10,405 nucleotides of DNA from Gemmatimonadota bacterium (GCA_040905425.1 JBBDRO010000078.1:54570-64974), one strand, 5' to 3'; positions 1 through 7,630 are shown, counted from the first letter of the stretch. The notes: generated by a model not told the origin, from the sequence alone. Numbers and translations: made by a program.

Positions 1-7
1 GGGGGGG

Positions 8-25
8 GGGCGCCTGCCGGCGCCC
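8..25 (-). terminator. GC-rich hairpin downstream of the BNR/VPS10 gene, possible terminator
   Basis: GGGCGCC (8-14) / GGCGCCC (19-25) form a perfect 7-bp stem. The loop reads GGCA (GNRA type) on the minus strand, ~30 nt past the stop at 58. No U-tract is visible (poly-C on the minus strand, window edge). Confidence 0.35.
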
Positions 26-57
26 GCCCCTCCCCTGCCGCCCCGCGGCGCTCTGCC

Positions 58-3000
58 TCACGTGATCGGCGCGGGCCGCTCGATGGCGTCCAGCCCCCGC
101 TCGCGCAGCAGGCGGTTCAGCTCGGGCAGCTGCTCGGCCAGCACGCTTTCCAGGCGCTCCAGCTCCGCGTCGATGCGCTCGGCCAGCACGTTGTAGACCT
201 CATAGGACTGGGCCGTGGGCGCGCCGTGCACGCCCTCCACCGCGCCCAGCAGCGCCGCCATCTTGTTGTTCAGCTTGATGGGGTAGTTGAGCGGATCCTG
301 GCCGCTCTGCAGGCGCACCTGGTAGAGCTCCTCCTCCACCGCGGCCACCGCGGCCTTGAAGCGCTCGCCCGCCGCCCGCACCGCGGCGTCCGCCTCGATG
401 CGCTCGTCCACCTCCTCCTTGAGCTCACGAATATTGATGACGCCCTGGTTGGCGGCGGAGGCCCTGTCCCGCACCCGCAGCGCCAGCTCGAGCCGCTCCC
501 GGTGGTCGGTCATGGTGACCTCGGGGAAGCGCGGATCGAGGCGATAGGTGAAGCCCTGTGTGAGCGGCTGGCCGTCACCCACGCGCAGGCGTACGGCGTA
601 CTCACCGGGGATCATGCCGGGCCCGGAGGTGCCCGCCGCCCACATGATCAGGTCCGGGAAGGACGTGATGCCCTCGTGGCGCAGGTTGAAGGAGTAGCGG
701 CTGGCGCCCGCGTCCGTGTCCGGGCTGCGCCCCTCGTCTTCGCTGGACGCGCGCTCCAGCACCTGCCCCTGCGCGTCCAGCAGCTCCAGCACCACCTCGT
801 CGGCCGGCTGGCCCAGGTAGTAGCCCACCTCCACGCTGCTCGTCTGCCCGAAGACCGGGTCCACGGGGTCGAAGAGGTGCGCCGGCGCGTCCACCACGTT
901 CCGCGTCACCTGCCGCAGCGTGGTGATGTTGTCCATGACGTACGCCGAGCGGCCGTGCGTGGAGATGACCACGTCGTTGCCCTTCACGTCCACGTCACTG
1001 ATCTGCGTGTCCGGCAGGTTGCGGGCGAAGGGCGCCCAGGTCTGTCCGTAATCGAAGGACACGTAGGGCATGTGCTCCGTGGCGGCAAAGAGCAGCCCCG
1101 GCCGCTCCACGTCCTCGGCCACGGCATGCACGTAGTGACCGTCGGCGATGCCGCTGACGGTCATGTGCCACGTCTGCCCGTAGTCATCCGTCCGGTAGAT
1201 GTAGGGCTGCCGGTCATCCAGCTGATAGCGCTTGGCGGCCACCCAGGCGCGCCCCGGCACGTGGGAGGATTCCTCGATGTCACTGACGCGGCTGAATTCG
1301 GGGATGTCCGGCGGCGTGATATCGGTCCAGTTGGCACCGTGATCGCGAGTGATATGGATCAGCCCATCGTCGCTTCCCACCCAGATGGTGTTGCCGTCGT
1401 GCTTGCCGGGGGCCACGGCAAAGATGGTGGCGTAGGTCTCCACACCCGTCTGATCCAGCGTGATGGGGCCGCCCGAGGGGCCCAGCGTGGCGGGATCGGC
1501 GCGGGTCAGATCCGGGCTCAGGCGCTCGAAGCTCTTGCCCCCGTTCGTGGTCATCCAGAGATGCTGGGAGGCCACATAGAGCCGCTTCGGTCCCGTGCGC
1601 GAGAAGACGATGGGAAAGGTCCACTGGAAGCGCTCGGCAATGTCCTCCGAGGAGTGCCCCATGGGGTTTTCCGGCCACACGTTGATGCGCTCGCTGGTGC
1701 CGGTGGTGTAATCGTAGCGCGTCAGGGCGCCGCCGTAGCTCCCCGCGTAGAAGACGTTGGGGTCCTCCGGGTCGGAGGCTATGTAGCCGCTCTCGCCGCC
1801 GCCGACGGAGGTGAAGTCGGCGATCTGCCGCCACCCCGAGCTGGGCATGCACGCCGTGCTGTTGTCCTGCTGCGCGCCGCACACCCAGTAGGGCTCGTGG
1901 TTGGTGGTGGTGATGCGATAGAGCTGCGCCGTGGGGTAGTCCTGCTCGGTCCACGTCTGGCCGCCGTTCACGGAGACGTTGCCGCCGCCGTCATTGCTGT
2001 TGGCCATGCGCTGGTTGTTGTAGGGATCGATCCACAGGTCGTGGTTGTCCCCGTGGGGAACCCGGATGCGCTGCCGGAAGTCCTGGCCGCCATCCGTGCT
2101 CTTGTGGAAGCCCACGTTCAGCACGTAGACGGTTTCCAGCTCCTGCGGATCGGCGTAGATGCGCGTGTAGTAGAAGGCGCGCTGGCGCAGGTTGCGGTCG
2201 TCGCTGGTGCGGGTCCACGTGGCGCCGGCGTCCTCGGAGAGGAAGACGCCGCCGGAATCCGCCTCGATGATGGCCCAGACGCGGTTCGGATCCACCGGGG
2301 AGACGGACACACCGAGCTTGCCCATCGGCCCGGCCGGCATGCCCGGATTGTCGGACAGGAGATCCCAGTTCTCCCCGCCGTCGGTGGACTTGTAGAGTCC
2401 GCTGTAGGGGCCGCCGCTGAACATGCCCCAGGCCGTGCGGTACACCTGCCAGACGGCGGCGTAGAGCTCGTCGGGGTTCTGCGGAGTCACCGACAGGTCC
2501 ACGGCGCCCGCGCTGTCACTCACGAAGAGCACGCGCTGCCAGCTGTCCCCGCCGTTCACCGTCTTATAGACGCCGCGCTCCGGGTTGGGACCGAAGCTGT
2601 GGCCCAACACCGCGGCCCAGGCCACGTCACAGTTCTCCGGATGCACGCGGATGCGGCCGATGGCCTGGCTCTCCGGGAGCCCCTTGTGCTCCCAGGTCTC
2701 CCCGGCGTCGGTGGACTTGTAGACGCCGTCCCCCTGCATGATGTTGCCGCGGAACTGCACCTCACCCGTGCCGATGTAGACCACGTCCGGGTTCAGCTCA
2801 CACTGGCCGATGGCGCCCACCGAGGAGCTGTTCAGGTAGCCGTCCGTGACGGGGCTCCAGTTGGTGCCGCCGTCCTCGGTCTTCCAGAGGCCGCCGCCCG
2901 CCGCGCCGAAGTAGTACTCGAAGGGACGGGCGGAGCTGCCGGAGATGGCGGTGGAACGGCCGCCGCGGTCGGGCCCCACGTTGCGCCACGAGAGCCCCCC

Positions 3001-3117
3001 GAAGAACGCGGAATCGGCCTGCCAGACGGCGCCCACCTGCTGGGCCCCGACGGCCGTGGGCGCGGCCAGGGCCACGGAGGTGAGGAGCGCCAGGGCCACG
3101 AACATGAGTCGCTGCAT
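58..3117 (-). CDS. Secreted BNR/Asp-box repeat beta-propeller protein (VPS10/sortilin-like, often annotated glycosyl hydrolase), 1019 aa
   Basis: Start moved to ATG 3117, which has AGGA 8 nt upstream and is followed by a signal peptide (MQRLMFVALALLTSVALAAPTAVGA-Q). About 11 Asp-boxes S/TxDxGxTW (TEDGGTNW, STDAGETW, TVNGGDSW, STDGGENW, SEDAGATW, STDGGQDF, SVNGGQTW, TTNGGKSF, TRDHGANW, TDDYGQTW, SFDYGQTW). Family motifs WRNVGPDRGGR, PHGDNHDLWIDP and RFQWTFPI. C-terminal Ig-like segment and a helical/coiled-coil tail. Confidence 0.9.
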   Translation of the reverse strand: MQRLMFVALALLTSVALAAPTAVGAQQVGAVWQADSAFFGGLSWRNVGPDRGGRSTAISGSSARPFEYYFGAAGGGLWKTEDGGTNWSPVTDGYLNSSSVGAIGQCELNPDVVYIGTGEVQFRGNIMQGDGVYKSTDAGETWEHKGLPESQAIGRIRVHPENCDVAWAAVLGHSFGPNPERGVYKTVNGGDSWQRVLFVSDSAGAVDLSVTPQNPDELYAAVWQVYRTAWGMFSGGPYSGLYKSTDGGENWDLLSDNPGMPAGPMGKLGVSVSPVDPNRVWAIIEADSGGVFLSEDAGATWTRTSDDRNLRQRAFYYTRIYADPQELETVYVLNVGFHKSTDGGQDFRQRIRVPHGDNHDLWIDPYNNQRMANSNDGGGNVSVNGGQTWTEQDYPTAQLYRITTTNHEPYWVCGAQQDNSTACMPSSGWRQIADFTSVGGGESGYIASDPEDPNVFYAGSYGGALTRYDYTTGTSERINVWPENPMGHSSEDIAERFQWTFPIVFSRTGPKRLYVASQHLWMTTNGGKSFERLSPDLTRADPATLGPSGGPITLDQTGVETYATIFAVAPGKHDGNTIWVGSDDGLIHITRDHGANWTDITPPDIPEFSRVSDIEESSHVPGRAWVAAKRYQLDDRQPYIYRTDDYGQTWHMTVSGIADGHYVHAVAEDVERPGLLFAATEHMPYVSFDYGQTWAPFARNLPDTQISDVDVKGNDVVISTHGRSAYVMDNITTLRQVTRNVVDAPAHLFDPVDPVFGQTSSVEVGYYLGQPADEVVLELLDAQGQVLERASSEDEGRSPDTDAGASRYSFNLRHEGITSFPDLIMWAAGTSGPGMIPGEYAVRLRVGDGQPLTQGFTYRLDPRFPEVTMTDHRERLELALRVRDRASAANQGVINIRELKEEVDERIEADAAVRAAGERFKAAVAAVEEELYQVRLQSGQDPLNYPIKLNNKMAALLGAVEGVHGAPTAQSYEVYNVLAERIDAELERLESVLAEQLPELNRLLRERGLDAIERPAPIT

Positions 3118-3173
3118 GGGATCCGTCCTGTGGATGAAGACACGGCGGACACGGCGCACGGCGCCGGAAGCGT

Positions 3174-3202
3174 ATGTTTCAGGCGGGCGGGGCGTGTGTC
3201 AA
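3174..3202 (-). promoter_or_regulatory. Putative sigma70-type promoter of the BNR/VPS10 gene
   Basis: Perfect TTGACA at 3202-3197 on the minus strand. A 17-nt spacer gives only a weak -10 (AAACAT, 3179-3174). Confidence 0.4.
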
Positions 3203-3253
3203 GGCGGGGAGGTCGGCGGAGCTATACGCGCCCGTGCATGGGGCGGCGGGAGT

Positions 3254-3323
3254 TGCGGCATGGGCGGGGGCGTGCTGCGGCACAGAGCGCGGGCGCGGAT
3301 GCGGCATAAGGCGCGGGCGCGGC
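3254..3323. repeat. Degenerate 22-24-bp tandem repeat (3 units starting TGCGGCA)
   Basis: TGCGGCA at 3254, 3276 and 3300. Units 3276-3299 and 3300-3323 are 20/24 identical. Confidence 0.65.
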
Positions 3324-3332
3324 GGCCGCCGC

Positions 3333-3520
3333 CTCTTTGATTGCAATCAAACGCGCATGCGGCGTCGTGTTTTCGGACCAGTGTGCGTCTGGTGGCAATT
3401 ATTGCGGTGAAACGCGTTCGCAGCGATGCGCGCGCCGCCGATGTGGCGCTGGTTGCAATAATCGTCACCAAACGCGGTCGCGCCATTCGCCAAGGCCGCG
3501 CGTGTGGGTTTGATGGGAAT
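3333..3520. repeat. Array of degenerate ~31-bp palindromic repeats at 60-61-bp period (consensus GCGTTTGRTKGCAAT-N-ATTGCMAYCAAACGC)
   Basis: Copies at 3333-3354 (internally collapsed, contains the perfect palindrome TTTGATTGCAATCAAA at 3336-3351), 3385-3415, 3445-3475 and a left arm at 3506-3520. AAACGC right ends fall at 3354, 3415 and 3475. The 29-30-nt spacers are unrelated to each other. Confidence 0.7.
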
Positions 3521-3583
3521 CGTGGCCGCGACGACCGCAACCGTGGCCCTGACGACGGCACCCGTGGCACTGACGGCTACGAC
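3521..3583. repeat. 21-bp tandem repeat x3
   Basis: CGTGGCCGCGACGACCGCAAC / CGTGGCCCTGACGACGGCACC / CGTGGCACTGACGGCTACGAC at 3521, 3542 and 3563. Confidence 0.7.
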
Positions 3584-3602
3584 CCGGGGACGGCAACCCC
3601 GG
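3584..3602 (-). terminator. Short hairpin just past the stop of the LVIVD gene
   Basis: CCGGGG (3584-3589) / CCCCGG (3597-3602) form a 6-bp stem with a 7-nt loop, 11 nt after the stop at 3614. No U-tract. Confidence 0.25.
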
Positions 3603-3613
3603 CGGACCCCCCC

Positions 3614-5515
3614 TCAGAACACCACCGCGCCCCGCTGGAATTTCGCGATCCACAGCCCCGAATTGAGGTCCGAAGTGATGATGTTGCCCTTGAAGATCTG
3701 GGCGCCCCACGTCATGGACCAGTTGGGGGTGACGGCATCGCGGCTGGAGGTCAGCAGCGCGCCCATCTCGCGGCCCTGCCGGTAGAGGTCACCGCGCAGT
3801 TCGCCGGATACGTCCACTACGCGCAGCCCCGCCTGGTAGTTGCCCACGTAGAGGACGTCATCCTCAATCCAGAAGTTGTGCGCCCCGGCCTCGGGCACCT
3901 CATACCTGGCCACCTCCACAGGCTGCTCGGGATCCTCGTAATCCACCACGTGGATGTAGCCGCGCGCCTGGATCGGCTGGCTCGCATCCCAACCGGGCGG
4001 GTAGATCTCATCGCCGATGAAGAGGTATCTGCCGTAGCGCCAGGCGGTGTGCGTGTGCCCCTGCGGGTACTTGAACTGGCTCACGAAGGTGGGCGTGGTG
4101 GGTGTGCCACCATGGGTGCCGGCGCCGGCGTCCAGCATGATCAGGCCGTCGTCCCAGTAGGAGAGGTACGCGTAGCCGTCCTGGACGATGACGTCGTGCA
4201 GCGAGCGGTTCTCCTTGTCGAGCCGCCACCGGCCGACCTCGCGGGGCGCGCGCGGGTCGGCGACGCTGATGATGCGCACATCGCTCGTGCCGTTGTGCAC
4301 CGCATAGATGAGCTCCTTCTCCCCCACGATCCACACGTTGTGGACGCCGCCCGTGATGCCCTCCGTGTACTCGGCCATGATGGTCGGGTGCGCGGGCGTG
4401 GCCAGATCGAGCAGCACGATGCCGTTGCGGCGGGTGGAGGCGCCCTCCCGCGTCAGCACCGCCAGGCGGTTGTTCGGGTGGACCTTGACGTCGTTGATCC
4501 GGCGCGCGTCGAGCTGGATGGAGTCGGTCAGTACGGGCGCGGCGGGGTCCGTGATGTCGAAGACCTTGGCCCAGTCGTGGTTGAAGGTGCCGATGATTGC
4601 GTAGTCGCGTCCGTCCACGCCTGCGAACGCCCACGTGTCGCCGGCGTGGTGGCCGGCGGTCAGGCCGTGGCCCACGCGCACGAGCTGCCCGTCTTGCGGG
4701 CGCGGCGCCACATCCACCGTGGTGCGCTCCACGATGCGGGGGCCGACCAGCGCCGTGAGGGTGTAGCGGCCGGGCTCCTCGGCCACGAAGACGCCCTCCT
4801 GGCCGTCCGCTTCGATCTGCGCGCCCGATCCCTCGACGGACCACGCCGGTATGATGGGCGCCACCTCCGCGCCGGCCGCATCGATGGCCGCGACGCTGTA
4901 GCGCACGACGTCACCCGTGCGGATCTGCTGCGGCGCCGGGGTGATGCGGTAGGCGCGCGCGGGATTCGCGCGCACGTTGATGGCCACGCTGCTCATTGCG
5001 TTGCCGGCCCGGGCGGTCACGGTGACGCTGCCGGGCTCGTGCGCGCTCAGGCGGCCCGACGCGTCCACGGTGGCGATGGCGGGGCGGTCCGTACTGAACT
5101 CCACGCGGGCGTCGAGCACGGAGCCCTGTCGATCCCGGGCCACCGCCGTGAGCGGCACTCCCGTGCCCGCCAGCACCTGGTCGGCGCCGGCCCGCAGGCT
5201 CACCTCGGCCGGGGGCAGCGCGGGCACCCGCACCGTGGCTTGGCCCCGGCCCCCGTCCGCGATGGCCACGATCCGCGCCGTGCCCGGCCGCAGCGCCGTG
5301 ACCGTGCCCGTCGAGTCCACGCTCGCCACCCCGGCGTCCGTGCTCAGCCACCGCACCGCGCCGCTGACCGAGGCCGGCAGCCGGAGCTGGTACGTGCCGC
5401 CGACCTCCACCCGCACCTCGGCCGGTTCGATGGTGAGCTGCCGGGCCGGCTGTTGTTGTTGGAGCAGGGCCGGCGAGAGCGTGAGGACGGCTGCGAGGGC
5501 CATGGCTGTGCTCAT
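3614..5515 (-). CDS. Secreted protein with N-terminal Ig-like (Big_2-type) domains and a C-terminal LVIVD-repeat beta-propeller, 633 aa
   Basis: Start moved to ATG 5515 (GGAG 11 nt upstream, hydrophobic N-terminus MSTAMALAAVLTLSPALLQQQQ). Big_2-like motifs WLSTDAGVASVDSTGTVTALRPGTARI and FSTDRPAIATVDASGRLSAHEPGSVTV. LVIVD-like repeats KVFDITDPAAP, VLLDLATPAHP, RIISVADPRAPREVG, HVVDYEDPEQPVEVA and GLRVVDVS. Confidence 0.88.
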   Translation of the reverse strand: MSTAMALAAVLTLSPALLQQQQPARQLTIEPAEVRVEVGGTYQLRLPASVSGAVRWLSTDAGVASVDSTGTVTALRPGTARIVAIADGGRGQATVRVPALPPAEVSLRAGADQVLAGTGVPLTAVARDRQGSVLDARVEFSTDRPAIATVDASGRLSAHEPGSVTVTARAGNAMSSVAINVRANPARAYRITPAPQQIRTGDVVRYSVAAIDAAGAEVAPIIPAWSVEGSGAQIEADGQEGVFVAEEPGRYTLTALVGPRIVERTTVDVAPRPQDGQLVRVGHGLTAGHHAGDTWAFAGVDGRDYAIIGTFNHDWAKVFDITDPAAPVLTDSIQLDARRINDVKVHPNNRLAVLTREGASTRRNGIVLLDLATPAHPTIMAEYTEGITGGVHNVWIVGEKELIYAVHNGTSDVRIISVADPRAPREVGRWRLDKENRSLHDVIVQDGYAYLSYWDDGLIMLDAGAGTHGGTPTTPTFVSQFKYPQGHTHTAWRYGRYLFIGDEIYPPGWDASQPIQARGYIHVVDYEDPEQPVEVARYEVPEAGAHNFWIEDDVLYVGNYQAGLRVVDVSGELRGDLYRQGREMGALLTSSRDAVTPNWSMTWGAQIFKGNIITSDLNSGLWIAKFQRGAVVF

Positions 5516-5566
5516 GGAGGCGTGCTCTCCGGTTCGTCGGGAAGGGGCGTCCGGGTGTGTCGGGGC

Positions 5567-5596
5567 AGAATACCCCAGGAGCGTGGGGGCCGGCAA
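5567..5596 (-). promoter_or_regulatory. Putative promoter of the LVIVD gene, TTGCCG-N18-TATTCT
   Basis: -35 at 5596-5591 and -10 at 5572-5567 in the 93-bp intergenic gap. Near-identical to the motif upstream of the TonB receptor. Confidence 0.55.
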
Positions 5597-5608
5597 GCGG
5601 CTACGAGC

Positions 5609-7630
5609 TCAGAGCAGTTCCACGCCCACGCGCAGGGTGCGGCCGGGCTGCGGCATGCCGCACTGGTCGTAGATGGCGGCGTCCGCCGCGTTGTCCAGCA
5701 CGGCGGAGGCGCGCACTTCCCGCCACGGCCCGCCGGTGAAGCGCCAGCTGCGCTGCACACCCGCGTCCAGGCGAGTGGAGGCGTCCAGCTGGATCTCCCC
5801 GCCCGCCTCCGGACTGAGGCAGTACTGGCGCCCGGTGTGGTGTACGCTCGCCAGGCCCCGAATGGCCAAAGGCAGCGGCACCTTCACGTCCAGGCCAGCC
5901 CGCACGCGCGGCATGTTCTCCGCCCGCCGCGCGCTGTCGGACGGCCCTGCCTCCTCCACGGTCACGCCCTGCACCATGAAGTCACCCAGCAGTTCCACCT
6001 GGCCGAGGTGCGCGTTCAGCAGCAGCTCCAGCCCGGTGCTGCGGATGGCGTCCCGGTTGACGCGCTTGAATCTGCCCTCCACGGTGGTGGTGCGCACCAC
6101 GGCGTCCGACAGGTCGTGGTGGAAGACCACGCCCTGCAACTCCACGCCGGTGCGCTTGAAGGTGGCGCCCACCTCCCCCGCCACGAGCCGCTCCGGGCGC
6201 AGCTCCGGATTGGCCTCGAAGCGGCCCAGCGCGCCGGAATAGAGCTCGCGTAGCGCGGGGAAGCGGGCACGCGTGCTAGCGGAGGCGTGCAGCTGCAGGT
6301 CGGTCCGTAGCGCCAGCGTGCTCACGCCCAGGCGCGCGCCCCAGGCGGTCTGGCGCGGCTGCGCGGGGCGACCGCCGGTTTCCGGGGTGTCGGCGCCGTC
6401 GAAGGCCGCGCCCCCGCTCAGGCGCGTGGTCCTGCCGACCAGCCACGACACCTCGGCGCCGGCGCTCCACAGGCGCTGCCGGTAGTCGGCGGGCGCGCCG
6501 GCGTCGAGCGTCTCGGTGTGGTTCACGTCGGCATAGGTGAGGGCGGCGCCGAGCTCGGCGTTGCCCGGCAGCGTGTGGTCCCCCACCAGGCGGAGCGTGA
6601 GGTTGCGGTCGCGCCCCGTCTCGCTGCCGACCACCTGATCGTAGGCCGTGGTGGCGTAGGCGTCGATCTCCTGGCGTCCGGTAACCAGCCCCACGCTGGC
6701 CTCCAGGTCCCCGGCGCCCCACGGCGTGTCGCGGATGCCCGTGCCCGCCGACAGGGCGCTCACCGCTTGCCACTCCTCGGGGTAGCGCCACAGGCGCGGC
6801 GCGCTGGTGTGCAGCTCGGGCGGCACGCCGCGCTCGGCACGGTAGCCGGACACGGCCAGCGAGAGCCACTGGCGCTCCTCCCCCTCCCAGCGGAGCGCGC
6901 CAAAGCCGTTGCGCTGGCGGGCGTCACTGTTGGTGCGCTGATCCCGTCCAGGGACGAGCGGGCTCACGTCACCGGCCAGGTTCACGCCGTCGCTGGCGCG
7001 GTAGCCCCCACCGGCACGGATGACCAGGCGGTCGTCCCCTTCCAGGCGCAGGGCGCGGTGCCCCGCCGCACCGAAGGCGCGGGAGCCGTCATCGGCCATG
7101 CCCGCACTCACCCGCACCGCGTCGGGCGGGCTCACCGACCCGCCGCCGCTGCCCACGTCCACGGCAATGACGCCGCCCAGCACGTTGGGGCCGTTCAGCA
7201 TGGTGGGCAGGCCGCGCACGAACTCCAGGCTCTGCGCCCCCATGAGGGGCAGCACACCCGGGTCGGTGCGATGGTCCCAGGACAGCGACAGCGGCACACC
7301 GTCCAGGAGCACGGCCACCTGCCGGCTCTCGGAGCCGCGCACGGAGACCTCCGCCTGGCCGCGCGAGTTCTGCCGCACGAGCACGAAGGGCAGCTCCCGC
7401 AGCGCGTCCTCCAGGCTGGCTACCGGGCGCAACGTAAGTGAATCGGGGTGCACCACGAGACCCACCGTGCCCTCCACCGTGGAGGCCTGGCGCTGCCCGG
7501 TCACCACCACGCCCTGGATGACGTAGGTGGAATCGGGCGGGATGCTGTCGGGCGGCGGCACCTGGGCGCCCAGGGGACCGCACGGCAGGAGGAGGAGGGC
7601 GAGCGGGACCAGCAGACTCGGCGACTTCAA
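5609..7630 (-). CDS. TonB-dependent outer-membrane receptor (plug + barrel), ~673 aa
   Basis: Start moved to TTG 7630 (GGAG 9 nt upstream, signal peptide MKSPSLLVPLALLLLPCGPLGA-Q). TonB-box-like VIQGVVVTGQR. Plug motifs LEDALRELPFV, VSVRGS...VLLDGVPL and LEFVRG...NGPNVLGGVI. Barrel motifs RFPALRELY, NPELRPE, LDNAAD and a terminal PGRTLRVGVELL. Confidence 0.92.
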   Translation of the reverse strand: MKSPSLLVPLALLLLPCGPLGAQVPPPDSIPPDSTYVIQGVVVTGQRQASTVEGTVGLVVHPDSLTLRPVASLEDALRELPFVLVRQNSRGQAEVSVRGSESRQVAVLLDGVPLSLSWDHRTDPGVLPLMGAQSLEFVRGLPTMLNGPNVLGGVIAVDVGSGGGSVSPPDAVRVSAGMADDGSRAFGAAGHRALRLEGDDRLVIRAGGGYRASDGVNLAGDVSPLVPGRDQRTNSDARQRNGFGALRWEGEERQWLSLAVSGYRAERGVPPELHTSAPRLWRYPEEWQAVSALSAGTGIRDTPWGAGDLEASVGLVTGRQEIDAYATTAYDQVVGSETGRDRNLTLRLVGDHTLPGNAELGAALTYADVNHTETLDAGAPADYRQRLWSAGAEVSWLVGRTTRLSGGAAFDGADTPETGGRPAQPRQTAWGARLGVSTLALRTDLQLHASASTRARFPALRELYSGALGRFEANPELRPERLVAGEVGATFKRTGVELQGVVFHHDLSDAVVRTTTVEGRFKRVNRDAIRSTGLELLLNAHLGQVELLGDFMVQGVTVEEAGPSDSARRAENMPRVRAGLDVKVPLPLAIRGLASVHHTGRQYCLSPEAGGEIQLDASTRLDAGVQRSWRFTGGPWREVRASAVLDNAADAAIYDQCGMPQPGRTLRVGVELL

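Noticed and set aside
1..10. Poly-G run at the window start
   Set aside because: At the window edge with no context. It may be part of the hairpin or a sequencing/assembly artefact.
226..3309. 1027-aa plus-strand ORF
   Set aside because: Antisense shadow of the BNR/VPS10 gene caused by high GC at third codon positions. No recognisable domain.
3333..3520. Calling the array a bona fide CRISPR
   Set aside because: The repeats are too divergent, there are only 3-4 units, and there is no AT-rich leader or cas gene in the window. Kept as an unclassified repeat.
3341..6253. 970-aa plus-strand ORF
   Set aside because: Antisense to the LVIVD and TonB receptor genes, with R/G/H/V-rich shadow composition and no motifs.
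5609..7630. Assigning btuB, cirA or susC to the receptor
   Set aside because: Substrate cannot be read from the sequence, and there is no riboswitch, SusD partner or SusC-type N-terminal domain.
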